From the NCBI GenBank assembly GCA_051294375.1, contig JBJCIZ010000239.1:6281074-6345073 (forward strand): DNA of 64,000 nt, written 5' to 3'. Position 1 is the stretch's first letter. Each line of letters begins with the position of its first letter. The stretch comes from Paraspadella gotoi (lineage: Eukaryota; Animalia; Chaetognatha). This document shows positions 12,701-27,100 of this stretch, in pieces. The notes beneath the pieces were generated by a model, which was given only the letters and a program-made list of their open reading frames with translations, made no database searches and had not been told where the DNA came from. Made by a program: the position numbers and the translations under genes.

Positions 12701-15250
12701 TGTGTTTCACTGAAGTAAATGATTATGGCTTCTTTTTTTATATTAATATGTAAAGTGTAAGATGTATTAATTAATCAAAAAGTTTAATCAGTTAATTAAT
12801 CACTTATGTCAAATAATTTCCGACTTCACGACTCCGAAATTAGAATGTCTATGATCCCAAATGAAAACAAAATTTCAATTCGATACTTAAATACTTAAGG
12901 GGGGTATCGTTTTTTCCGTCCACAGTATCATTCACGTACCGCCCACTGTTATCCGGAGCAAAGTCGCGAAGAGAGATAAGGTTCAACAGCAATTCCCGAT
13001 CGTTTCGCAGCGGCCGGGAGTTCGCGGCGAGAGAGGACAACACGTCCAACGAGTCTGGCGCGAATTCAGGTTCCCTGCGAGCGTGCGTAATGGATATGGG
13101 CACATGTTTGGACATCTGAGAATATGGACTAGAAAGGAGATTTAGAAGAGAGAGAGAGAAGAGAGGAGAGATTAGAAAGACATTGGATATGGCATGTGTT
13201 ATGGCACATTTTTTTGGAAAGCGCCCCCGGAAAGGTTATTTGTTTTCTAAGTTATTCTAAAACTAAATTTCAATCTTAATATATCTAAACCCAAACTCAC
13301 TTTTTAAATATTTAAGCTTAATCTTCGTCGGTGCGTCTGGATTGTTCAAATCAGAGAGTATTGAGCTCCCGCAAAGCCCGAAATCTATTCCATTTAACCC
13401 TGATTCAATACTCTAATCCTAAACTTATTTTTTAAAACCCAAAATACTCGTAATCCTTAACCCTAAGTCCTTAACCAAAATCTCTAAACAAGCATTTATT
13501 CTGAATATTAATGCGAAAAACGGTAACGTACTTACGTTGTTGTTAAATTATTAGTATTAAAAATTCTTTTAACTAAATTGCGCTTCCATAAAGATACTTA
13601 TGATTAACAAAAAGAAGAGATGAATAAACGCTCGAATCCTTGAGGGGAAAAAAGAAAATTCAAAATATTCCATAGTTTGCGCTGTGACTATCAGGTGACA
13701 GAAATTCGCAGTGTCTCAATATGATGAACATCGCAATAGGATCCATACCTTGACTACCTCCATATTCTACGTGCACCAGAACCCTTAAATTACAAATTAG
13801 AATAAATCATCTTAAATCGTTAAAACCAATCATTAAATCAATTTTGCCCTCTCTTTGTCCTCTCTCTTTCTCTGTTTATCTCTCNNNNNNNNNNTTTGCT
13901 GGCGAACCGCAGATGCAAGGTGAGTTTGCTGTTGCAAAAGTTAATTTTGTCATGAAATCAATATTCTGTATTTAAATTACAAATTAAATAAAATTTATTT
14001 AAATCAATAAATATAGTCATTAGTTCGATTTACTGTATTTAAATTACAAATTAGAATAAATCATCTTAAATCGTTAAATTCAATCATTAAATCAATTTTC
14101 TGTAATTGAATATTTATATTATACAATGGNNNNNNNNNNNNNNNNNNNNNNNNNNNNNNNNNNNNNNNNNNNNNNNNNNNNNNNNNNNNNNNNNNNNNNN
14201 NNNNNNNNNNNNNNNNNNNNNNNNNNNNNNNNNNNNNNNNNNNNNNNNNNNNNNNNNNNNNNNNNNNNNNNNNNNNNNNNNNNNNNNNNNNNNNNNNNNN
14301 NNNNNNNNNNNNNNNNNNNNNNNNNNNNNNNNNNNNNNNNNNNNNNNNNNNNNNNNNNNNNNNNNNNNNNNNNNNNNNNNNNNNNNNNNNNNNNNNNNNN
14401 NNNNNNNNNNNNNNNNNNNNNNNNNNNNNNNNNNTAATTTGTACTTCTCACAAACATCGAACTACAAAAGCTCCGGCTGTTTATAAAATTCGGTACTAGG
14501 AAAATTTTGACAAAATATTCAATTCGCGATCGGCAACAATTCGTTATAAATTTATCGATTCTGTTGNNNNNNNNNNNNNNNNNNNNNNNNNAAAAGAGAG
14601 AGATGCAGTCCACTTAAATCATTTCTGGTAATTTGAATATTTTAATATTATACATTGGATAAAGGTTTCGTTTGATCATTGATCGGTCATCTTTTTCAAT
14701 TGCATTCAATTATCTAATATTCCCTTTAGTTTTAAATCGGGGAATTATAATAATCAGTTATTTGTACTTCTCACAAGGCATCGAATACAAAGGCTCCGGC
14801 TGTTTATTAAAAATCGGTAATAATGAAATTTTGACAAAATATCAATTCGCGATCGGCAACAATTTGTTATAAATTTATTCGATTCTGTTGGGCAAAAGTT
14901 GATTCCATGTATCTCTCCCCCCCCCAACCCCTTTCCCCCCCTCCGCTCTTTTCAGGCCTCCATGCCACCCGATTCCATGGAGGGGATCCTTAACCAGCTT
15001 CCCTCTTACCTTTTCGTCGGCCTCGTCGGCCGGCGCGTCGGCTTACCCGCCGCCGATGTCGGCCTCGCAGTTCGGCCAAGCCCACTCCATGATGGCGTCG
15101 TCGCCGATGTCGGCCGGCGCCTTTCGTCAGCCGACGGCGGCGTTCTTTGGGAATCAATACGGCGCCAATCAGCCGGTGAGTGCGTGTGTGTGTGGAAGGG
15201 GGAGAGAGAGAGAAAAAGAAAGAAAGAAAGAAAGAATGAAAGACAATTTC

Positions 15251-15296
<46 letters not shown>

Positions 15297-16513
15297 TCTC
15301 TTTCTGCTTTTCTTTCGTTCTTTCTAACTTTATGAGTTCGGTTTATTCAAATGTTTTTCTCTTTTCGGTCTACTTGGTTTTAGGCGAATTAATTTTCAAT
15401 TTTCGTTTATAATTAAATGTAACAACAATTTACGAACAATATGATCTTTCGAATCGTTAGTTTATCTTATATGTTTGCGATCCAACAGAATTTTTATCCC
15501 GATACAATCATACATCCGTAAAAAGTTCTTCCTCCCTAAACTTATTTGTTAAATACATTTAAATTTATAATTTTTAGCATATTAACAAATTAATCTCTCC
15601 ATCCCACCCCAGATGTACGGGCCCCGTTCTCAGTATCCCCCCTTCGGCGGCATGTCCCCCGGTCTGTCTCCGGTGATGTCCTCTCCCATGCCTTCCGGCA
15701 TGTCTCCCTCCGTTCCGACCTCCTCCGCCATGTCGCCCAACGCCTCCTCCCCGCGTATTTCGCCCGGCGCCGGAATGTCCAACGTTTCGTTGACGCCGGA
15801 ATCGGTCGGCGCCGCTGCCGCTGCTGCCGCTATCCCCGCGAACGCAGCGTCCCCGGGTTATTTCTCGCCGCCGCCTCCGCCGCTGCAGCCGCTCGGACCT
15901 TCCGGCTTCTGTCCCTCCTCATCCTACGCCGCTTCGGTGAGTTTAAGAGGAAAGGTCATTCAGAAGTTTTGAAGAATAAAAAGATGAAGAATTCACGAAG
16001 CGGACACTAAGGCTTGGTCACAACTAATGTGACCCGAAATGGGTTGATAAGGCGCCAAGTGGACTTAAGACTACAATCCGTATCTTCTGTGCCCCCTCAG
16101 CAGCAATGGAACGGGTACTGGGCTTGGAATCAGGGCAGCTTACGGCCGTTCGCCCTCTTCCCCCAGATCCCGGTACCTAAGAGTCATGAGCTGATGGCTT
16201 TACTCAATGAGCCACCGGGTCACTACTTAAGATTCATGTTTATAGGGTGAACTTGGCATAATTGTAATTAAATGCTCAAATTTGTCTTTAAATACTCGAC
16301 ATCCATATAATTTTTTTAAAAATGAAAAAATCAAATGAAATGAAAATTCCGAAAAAATTTTTTCGTTACAGTTTCCTCGTCATCATCATCAACAACAACA
16401 ACAACAACAACAACAACAAAATCAGGAACAACAACAGCAATCGAATTTGCTACAAACAGACGCCGCTCAAGCCGCGCTACCTCCGCAGGTTTCAATTTAA
16501 CTAAACATTAATA

Positions 16514-16599
<86 letters not shown>

Positions 16600-19500
16600 G
16601 ATTATTGTAAAAAAATTTAAAAAAAACATAAAGATTAAATGAGTTTAAATGAAAAAACAAAAAACCTGTTTCACTAATTGATTATGCTTCTTTTTTTATA
16701 TTAAATGTAAATGTAAGATGTATTAATTAATCAAATAAGTAATCAGTTAATTAATCACTTAGTCAAATAATTCCGACTTCCGACTTCCCGAATTAATGTC
16801 TATGATCCCAAATAAAAACAAATTTCAATTCGATACTAAATACTTAAGGTATCGTTTTCCGTCCACAGTATCATTCACTTCCGCCCACTTTTCCGGCAAA
16901 GTCGCGTCAACAGCAATTCCCGATCGTTTCCGGCAGCGGCGGAGTTCCCGGCGGCAACACGTCCAACGATCTGGCGCGAATTCAGGTTCCCCTCAGGCCT
17001 CGTTATTATGGCACATTTTGGCATTTATGGCATTTATGGCATTTATGGCACATTTTTTTGGAAAGCGCCCTAATTTTTTGTTTCTAATTTTCTAAACTAA
17101 ATTCAATCTTAATATATCTAACCCAAATCACTTTTTAAATATTTAAGCTAATCGTCGTCGTCGTCTTTGTTCAAATCATTTGAGCTCCCAAAACCCGAAT
17201 CTATTCCATTTAACCCTGATTCCAATCTCTAATCCTAAACTTATTTTTAAAAACCAAAACTCTAATCCTTAACCCTAATCCTTAACCAAAACTCTAAACC
17301 AGCTTTATTCTGAATTTAATCTGAAACGTAACTCTTACGTTGTTTTAAATTATTATATTAAAAATTCTTTTAACTATTCCTTCCATAAAGATTATTAAAA
17401 AAAAACTAACGTCGAACCTTGAGGGGAAAAAAAAAATTCAAATATCCCATAGTTTGCGCTGTGACATCAGTGACATCCAGGTCAATATGATAAACTCACA
17501 TAGATCATACTTGACCACCTCCATTCTACCTCACCCCCACCCCCCGACCCGTCCCCTCACCAGTCTCCCGCCCAGTCCCCTTCGCCGGATTCCCATCCGG
17601 CAAGTCTCTCCCTTCTCCGGCGCGGCAGACCGACAGCCCCGCCGCCGCCGCCGCCGCGTCGACGCCGGACGCGTTTTCGCCAACGACGACGACGACGACG
17701 GACGACGACACGTCCCGACGGAACTTTCCTTCCCCCTCACCGGCGCAGAGTCCCCAGCCTCCGCCGCTGCTCCGCTGAATCAATTGAAGCAACAACAGCA
17801 GCTACAGCAGCAACCACAACAGCCACAACAACAACAGCTACAGCAGCAACCACAACAGCCACACAACAACAGCTACAGCAGCACCACAACAGCCACAACA
17901 ACAGCTACAGCAGCAACCACAACAGCAACCGACCGCCTCTCAATCTCCCAATTTTCTTCGGCCTTTCTCTCCGTCGGTGACTCAGCCAGCGTCGCAAGCC
18001 AACGCTTCTCCGCTGCACCAAAAGCTGCAGATGCCTCCGCAGCAGCAGCCGATTCCGCCGCAGCATCAGCAGATGCCGCCACAGCAGCTGCAGATGCCGC
18101 CGCCTTCGATGTCGTCGCAGCTGCAGACGCGGCCGACGGTGCCGGGGCAAATGGGGTCCGGTCAAATAGCGCCGGGACAAATGGCGCCGGGTCATATGGC
18201 TCCGGGTCAAATTGTGCCGGGTCAAATAGCGCCGGGACAAATGACGCCGGGTCAAATGACGCCGGGTTCAATAGCGCCGGGTCAAATGGCGCCGGGACAA
18301 ATGGCGCCGCGTCAAATGGCGCCAGGTCAAATGGCGCCCGGTCAAATGGCGCCGCATATTTCCAAAGCCGGATTGACGCCGTTTCGACAATCTTTTCAGT
18401 TGACGCCGGAACAAATCCAGATGCAAACGCAGCAGATGCAGCAGATGCAACAGATGCAGCAGATGCATGGCGGAAGGTCGACTGGACAGATGGTAAGGAA
18501 CGAAGCGATCTATTATAATATTATTGATATTATTAGTATTTTTTAGTAAAGTCAATATAAAAAATAGTAAAGATTCCATATCAAAAAGTGAAAAATTATT
18601 AAAATATATGTATATTTATTTCTTTTAAAAAAACCAAAATAATTCATCAATTTTTAAAATTTGAATACTATATTAAATATTTACACCTTAATTTTTATAT
18701 ATTCAGTGAAGGAATTATTTCATAAGATTAGACATGCTGATAATTATTTAATAAAAATGTATTGATTTTAATTTCAGTACCCTGCTGGTTTCGAACCCCA
18801 GTCCTNNNNNNNNNNNNNNNNNNNNNNNNNCCGAGACTCTCGCCGCCTCGTAGTCGATCTCCCCGCGCCCCGCACCATCTACCGCCCCGCTCTTACCTTC
18901 CACCCGACCCAACAGCCTCGGGTTCCTCACGCGGCTCTCGATGGCGGTCGTCCCGTGGCCCACCGTGGCCCCGGGGCCCCCGGGGCCGGTGACTCAGCCG
19001 CGCAGCAATTTCGGAGAAGGAGGTGTGGTGAAACTGGAGAAGGAAGAAAGCAATTCGAAGGAAAGTCATCCTACTGCACAGCCGGGTTGCTGTGATGCCC
19101 ATTGCGGATGGGCATCTCACTGTTGGCTTTAGTGGGCTTCCGCCCTCAGTGACGCTCCAGTCACTGGCGCGGTTACCCTAGGACCGGTCTCGCTTTGCCA
19201 ACGCAGAGGGAAGTCGTTAGGACTGTGGATGAAACACTACGCCTGGTGATGGTGTGTTCCCCCTCTGAGGCCAATGGATTGGTGACGGATGGTGGACGTG
19301 ACGGCGGTGTGATATACCCGCCACAATCCTTTTGAATTTTGATGTTTTTTTATTGAAAATTTTATGTGAAAAACAGTTTATTTGATTTCTTGTTTCTGTT
19401 TTGGAAAATGCGGTCATTAGCTTTGCTCAATAGAAGACTTCTTAAAAAAAAAAATTACATTAAAACAGCTGAATGTTTTTCACTGACTAGTTGAGAAAAA

Positions 19501-20818
19501 AAAATATTTTAGAAAATATGCTTTATTATCGGATATTTTGGTTTCATTAAGGATACATTATTCATACCATGACAACTGATTTGACACAAGTCCCTTTTCC
19601 TCTTTGTTTCCAAGGACCCCGCCCTCAGAGCTCCGGTCCCCGCGTCCGCCGCGGTCTCGAGGCGCCGGCCGCGGCGCCGGTCGAGGAAACGACGGTCAGC
19701 GTGGTCCGACGCCGTGCGTCCCCCTCCACTTTGCATCCGGGCGTCGTACCGGCGCCGTTTTCCGGTCCTTCGTCGTTGGCTCCCTGGTCGAGCGAGGTTG
19801 CCGACCGGCGCGCCGTCGGCGGCGGCGATGAGAGTCACAGGTTCGGCGATTTAACAAAAAAAAAAGGATCAAATGTGTAGCAGAATTATCGTCACTGAAA
19901 TAACTTAAAGAGTAACTATTACTGTCTTTTAAAGTATTGTATTTTCGGCTTATCCGTTTCGGTTGCTTTTGAATTTAGATTAATGAAATGTTTATTTTGT
20001 TTGCAGACAACGAATTTAAAATAAAACAAATTATGGTCTGTAAACAAAAACAAACAAATTCACTTAATTCATGTCACTTAAGTAATATTCTTTTGCCTTA
20101 AATTTAACAATTTTTTCGAATGTTTAAATTATATAATAACTAATACTATGTCTCAAGTCTCCCTTAAAGATTTACATTGCCTGTAAGAACTATTTAAGAA
20201 TGATTTCAATTAAGAGAGCTGTTTGCCTTTGTTTCTTACATAAAACAAATTACGTTAGTAAATGTATTAAAAGGTTATAGAGTAATCATCTTTATCGTAA
20301 TCAAAATATAAAAATCCGAGGCAATTATTATATAAAATTAATGAAAACTTGTACATCAACGAAAGTGTTTTACATCTAAAAAAATTAACGCATTTAACGA
20401 ATTTAACTTTACATTAATATGAAGCTAAGCATCTTGAGATAAATAACGATTTTTAAAAAAACATATGAATTTACGGCCACATTTGAAATCTTTGTAAAAA
20501 GATGATGCGTTAAAAATGTTGTTTTATTTTCGAAAAAAAAAAAAAATCTGTCAATCTGTAAAATTTTTTGAAACTGATATTTAACTATTTCCTCCGCGCC
20601 CCCTTGCCTCGGGACGGCCCCTTCCCTCCCTCCACCTCCTCCTCCTCCTCTCCCCTCCTACCTCCTCCTCCTCCTACAACCAGGGGTCAAGATGAATTTC
20701 GACGACGTCCCCATGAGTCCCGGAAGATGCGAGCGCTGCTGTATCGGAATCCCTTTCCGTATTTGAAGGCTGATGACCTTTGACCCCTAGGGGGCATCGA
20801 CCCCGCGCGGGTCAAGAA
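4759..20818 (+). CDS. TET: Probable low-complexity N-terminal exons of TET (approx. 4759-5150, 5364-5488, 6034-6254, 6518-7391, 7599-7841, ~8630-8772, 9207-9507, 9765-9917, 14957-15175, 15613-15936, 16372-16488, 16869-16986, ~17576-18492, 18778-18988, 19614-19840, ~20683-20818)
   Basis: GC-rich blocks bounded by AG and GT on +, encoding S/P/Q/A/D-rich peptide; several carry single-base frameshifts. Assigned to TET from strand and continuity, not from conserved motifs. Confidence 0.65.
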
Positions 20819-21560
20819 GTGAGAGAGAATTTGGGTTTTTTTTTTTGTTGTTTTTTTTTTCTAATTATATTTTTTTTGGCGCGTTTTTGTTTCTTTCTTT
20901 TATATTTTTTATTTTTCTTTCTGTTTTTCTTCCTTATTTTTTTCCTTTGTTTCTTTTCTTATTTCTCTTTCTTGTTCTTTCTTTCTCTCTTTCTTCTTTC
21001 TTTACTTTGTTTCTTTTTTTTCTTCTATTTTTTTGGCTTTTCTTTTTTTTTTGTCTTTCTTTTTTTCTTTTACTTATTAAAGTTATTATATCTTATCTCA
21101 TTATAAAAGCTCCATTTTAGCACCACCCTCTTTCTCCCCTTCATCATAGGGATATACTGGAGCAAGAGCGATTTGACGGAGCCACTCAGAACAGGTCCAG
21201 CGCGCCCTCAAGGCTGGCCGATCGAATGGCCACAACACCTCAAGTCCCGAATCCTCAGTGCAAATGTCTGGGTGAATCATGTGAGTGTTGTTGTTGTTGT
21301 TGTTCTTTTTTTTTCCAATGACAATTACGGCTTCATTTTATCAAGAATGTTAAAAGACTTTTTTGAGTTGGGGGCGGAAGATCTGAGTTAAATGTTTTTT
21401 TATTTTAGTGAAAAGTCACAATTATCTGGTAAGAAGTTTTGCTATGTTTTTTTTTTAATTTAATTGTTATTTTGTTTTTGTACAGTTTTTTATGAGAACT
21501 CGCCCATTTATCTCTACCTTTTCACTCTCTCTCTTGCTCCTCTCTCTCTCTGTCTATCTC

Positions 21561-21618
<58 letters not shown>

Positions 21619-21964
21619 CTCTACGAAGGGGTCTACAACGAGAACGTGGAGGCCTTTTCTACAGTCACCTCGGCGCGCCCACGACGTCCCCACCATCGCA
21701 AGATCTTCGAGAAGCGAACAGGCTACACTGCGAAGCCATCTCGCATCGAGAAGGTCGCCTACACTGGGCCAAAGAGGGGAAGAGCTCGATGGGATGCCCC
21801 ATCTGCCAAGTGGATCATCCGGAGGAGCGGGAGACGGAGAAGATCCTCGTCTCGTCCGCAGAGGCCAGGTGTGGAGAGGAGGGGAGGAGGAGGAGGAGGA
21901 GAGAAATGAGATGAGGAATAGTTCATAATGTTGATATAGTTGGATATTTTGTGAATATGTGGGA

Positions 21965-22011
<47 letters not shown>

Positions 22012-23270
22012 AAGAGAGAGAGAGAGAGAGAGAGAGGAGAGTGAGAGAGAGAGAGAGAGAGAGACGAGAGAGAGAGAGAGAGAAAAAAAAAGAATGAAAG
22101 AAAGAAAAAAACGAAAAAAAAAGAAGAAAAGCAAAGCCAGAAAGACAACAATCCAAACAGACAGACAGACTAACCTCACTTCCTCCCCCCCCGCCCAGGC
22201 CATCACTCGCCTCCGCCGTCGTCGTCTGCAGCATCGTCGCCTGGACGGTGTTCCCTCACACCGGCGACATCCTCTACGACGATCGCCAACATCGTCTGCA
22301 AGATGGGCGTACCACTCTGCGCCGTGGTGCGCCGCAACGACAACAAACCTGCGCCTGCCAGTAAGAGGAAGGGGGTAATCCTTTTTTTAATTCAAAATGG
22401 CCGCCGTTTAGTGTTAGAGAAAATCGGCTTTTTCGTTTCGCCGGGTAGGGTTATTATATATTATTATTATTATTATTATATTTTATTCTTTATGTTATGT
22501 GTCGCATATTATATTTTTAGTGATGTATTTTTAAGATTTTTATACTAATATTTAGACAATTATTTATTAAAATATATAAGGTACATCTCGAGAAATCCTC
22601 CCATCTGGTTTAATAAATATTTATATTATTATATAATAAATATGGTAAATATATATTATACGATTTTTACCCCGCCATCCCGGGCGACATAAACGTCATA
22701 CAACGCGGTCGTTTTAACTCCAATCAGCTGTAGCGTAATCTTCATTTAGTCTATAGTCTATACTTTACAAAGTAGAGTCAGAAATTTTATGCATCCGTCA
22801 TAGGACAACGTAGAAGAAAAAAAAAAATAACATTAACTCCGCGCGGTTTGTTTACCATCGCATCTTGCAATCCATCGTTTTCATTTCACTTGTAACCATT
22901 CAGCTTCAGCGACTACCTTACCATTTTAATTTCGATTAACTCATCCAGCGCTTTTCTCCCATTTTTTTAAACCTACTCCATTCGCCTCTTCCCTGACTCA
23001 TTCCATTCATAATTCCATTCCCCCGCCCCGCGCTCGACATCATTCCATTCCTTAAAAAAAATAAAAATCTTCTGCCATGCGCATGCCCTTCCTTTAAAAA
23101 AAAAAAAAGGGTTGGCATGTCGAAATGCGGCCTCTGCTTCAGCTTCGGCCGTCCTGGTCGATGTATTACAACGGATGTAAAATACGCATTTCCTCGGCGC
23201 CGAGAAAGTTCGGCTCAACGACCGACGAACAGGGTACGCGAAAAAAGGGGGAAATTAATTTTTTTTTCTT

Positions 23271-23360
<90 letters not shown>

Positions 23361-23599
23361 AAAAGGAATGGAGCATGGAAAATGTGGAGCCTTCGTTCTC
23401 CTCGTTGCGGCGTGGAGCATGTTACATCCAACGGTTGCAAATACGCGCGAAGCAGAATTCCCAAAAAGTTCGTTGAACGAAAAAAAACGAGGTAGGGCGA
23501 CAGATTTAAAAAAGGTAAGTTAAAGGAAGGGACGACTCGTCGCGCTTGAAGAAAACGTGGAGAAGATGCCGTAAGGAGAAGGCCCTGGATTCCGCTCTG

Positions 23600-23636
<37 letters not shown>

Positions 23637-23751
23637 TTTTAATTATGAAATAAACATTTCTTTTAAATATTATAAAATTAAATATGTTAAATATATAATA
23701 TGAGGAGACTAATTTGAAAATATTTCGTCTCTTTTTCCTTTACCGCTCTCT

Positions 23752-23794
<43 letters not shown>

Positions 23795-24060
23795 TTCCCT
23801 CTCTCTCTCCCTCTCCCTCCAGTCCGTGGAGGAGATCTGTTTCCAACAGTATCGACTCGAGGAAGACCTCGTCCGCAAATGGGGAGGAGCTGGACACGCT
23901 GAAAAGGAGCAGCAGCGCCGCAATCAAAAAATCGACCTTACCCGATCTGGAGGAAGAGATCTAGTGCCAGGCTGCAGAATCTCGCCACTTACCTGGCGCC
24001 GGTTTATTCGAAATACGTGCCAGAGGCTTATTCTAATATGGTGAGTGAAATATGTGGGGG

Positions 24061-24104
<44 letters not shown>

Positions 24105-24106
24105 GA

Positions 24107-24151
<45 letters not shown>

Positions 24152-27100
24152 AACAGAGCATTTACTCCATTTCACCTCCTTCAACAGGTCAACACGGAGC
24201 AAGTCCGCTCCCACTCCGCCTCGGCGGAACTGCCGGGCGACCCTTCGCCGGGCGTCACCGCCTGCCATGGACTTTTGCTGCTCACGCCCACAAGGATATC
24301 CCACACATGAAACAATGGGTGAGCCACAGTGGTCACCCCTTAGAGACCTCGGCATCGTCGGCTCTCCAACCGGACATGAGGAGCAGCTGCACACGCTGCC
24401 GCTTGACGTTCCGGAGATACCTGAATCTGAGCGTGAGTTTTCGGGAGCTACCGACGGAAAATATTCGACTGCAACAAGAAAGAAAAGAAAAGGAAAAAAA
24501 AGCCAAGATATCGACCAATCAGGAGTAAGTTAAAAGGGAGTGGTGGAGAGTTTATGTTTTTATCTTTTAACCATTCTTTCGTTTATATTCGGTTATATTC
24601 GCTTTATCGATTTTCGATTTTAATAATTCTATGCTTATCCAATGTTGAATTCATAAATACGATAATTCCAATTAATATTTTCCTTGTTTCTTCAGTATAA
24701 TACTCTTATTTTATTTAACTTTTCAATCAAAACCTAAAATATCACATATAAACCAATCCACCTCTACTCCCACAGGGTACATTAGAAAAATTGACCTTAA
24801 CCAAATACCCCACCGACAGAGTAAGAGGAAATAACGCACACGTCCCATGACGCCACTGGAGCAAGCGAGGACGACTAGGAAGACAAGAGAGGAACGAGAA
24901 GAGCCCTAACCCTTAAGAAAGTAAGGGCAAGAGAGCCGTAAAAAAAAAAAAAAGACACGCCGCGAAGACATAAATCACACCCAGACACAAATAAAAAGTA
25001 ACAGTCGTAAGTCAAAAGGATAGGAAGAAAAGAAAGAGGATTTTTGGCAGGGTATTACTTAACTTTCCTAACGAATATATACCTTTTAATGAACACCTTA
25101 TAATTATGTTAAATAATACACCAGTTTCATCTTCTTTCATAATTAATACATATTATATCTTATACTTAATCAATATCTTTGCTATTACTAATAAATCATT
25201 ATACATTTTACTTTAATAACTTAATGATATAACTTAATAACTCTTAACTATAATATCTACCAGATCAAATCCCCTGTTCAACTACCTAACGGAAGAAGAG
25301 ACATATAACGAGATCTCATACAAGTGTACAATCTGAGACCCCATATTAAGGGATAAACTCAATATGACACAAAGAGAACCTCAGACAATCCAGAAGAAAA
25401 GTACGAAACAAAAAGTATACACGGAAAAATATAAAACATTCAAGAAACTCAAACCCCCGACCTTAAAAGATGGACCGATCTCTACTCAGAGGCGGATTAT
25501 TAACAACAGGAACAGAGAACTAGAGGAACTTAAAATGCTATTCTCTTGTTCTCGTTTCTCATCCAGCTAACGTAAGAAATATCCCTCTTATTTGGGCTAG
25601 CATGCGATAGACCAGCCTGAAAAAGGGCCCTGCCCGACAGAACTAACCTCGCTTTGACCAAATCCAGCAAGAAGGCCAAAAACGATGAGCCTTTTCGACG
25701 ACTGTAATCTGTCCAATGCTCAAATGTACAGGTGTGGCATGTTGATATTAGGTCGATCATTAGCAGCACGGCCTCGCGCTCAAATATCCGAGTGCACGCT
25801 TGTGTTATATCAAGTGTAAGAAGCGAACATCCTCAGTGAGTTCTGTGGTTGGGAGTGCAGGCAGTGCTCTCTCTCTTCTACATCTTTATTTAACAATTAA
25901 ATTTGACTCTTTGATACTTTCAATTCATATACAAAATGCGTTTTAATATCGGATGAACACTCGTTCGTCCGGCTCATCAAAGAGTCAACCCTCTCAGCAA
26001 GGAATCCATTAACCAGCTCGTGTAGGTAGCTCAGGCACTGTCAGAAGTAGATATAACTAGTAAACAAAATGTACTTCTACCTAAAAGTATAGTGATCCTC
26101 CGCCAGACGTTACTATCAAAGAAAATTAATCTGGAGAGAAAATAATAATGTCTAAAAACATTACATACATAATATTTGAGACCTCAGTTATTTTAACGTT
26201 ACCGAAATATACACGCAGTATTTATAATGTTTTTTGTTTCACGCATTCAATATAGTAGCTTATTTTGAATGCTATTACAAATTTATTAATAATAATTTAG
26301 AGCGCTTCATTTTACATACTAAATTTTAAAAGCCCTTTCTCTATAGTTTTTACTATTGACTTAAGCTATTGATGTGAAGAATGATTAAAGAGTCATCCTC
26401 TCTGAATGTACGTTGTCACAACGAAATATTAATGAAAAAAATCACAGACTGTTCGGGTCTTAATTTAACTCTTTTTCCATTAAATTTAAATAGTTTTCGA
26501 GCTCTCTTTCAAGAGCGCCCATTTCTGTTCCTTTATCCCGTAATTTCATACCTTTATTTTTTCCTTATTACTTATTATATCTTATCTCATTATAAAAGCT
26601 CCATTTTAGCACCACCCTCTTTCTCCCTTTCATCATAGGATATACTGGAGCAAGAGCGATTGAACGGAGCCACTCCAGAACAGGTCCAGCGCGCCCTCAA
26701 GGAGCTGGCCGATCGATTGGCCACCAACACTCAAGTCCCGAATCCTCAGTGCAAATGTCTGGGTGAATCATGTGAGTTGTTGTTGTTGTTTCTTTTTTTT
26801 TCCAATTGACAATTACGGCTTCATTTTATCAAGAATGTTAAGAGACTTTTTTGAGTTAAATTGTTTTTTTTATTTTAGTAAAAAAGTCACAATTATCTTG
26901 GTAAGAAGTTTTGATATGCTTTTTTTAAAATTTAATTGTTATTTTGTTTTTGTACTGTTTTTTTATNNNNNNNNNNNNNNNNNNNNNNNNNNNNNNNNNN
27001 NNNNNNNNNNNNNNNNNNNNNNNNNNNNNNNNNNNNNNNNNNNNNNNNNNNNNNNNNNNNNNNNNNNNNNNNNNNNNNNNNNNNNNNNNNNNNNNNNNNN

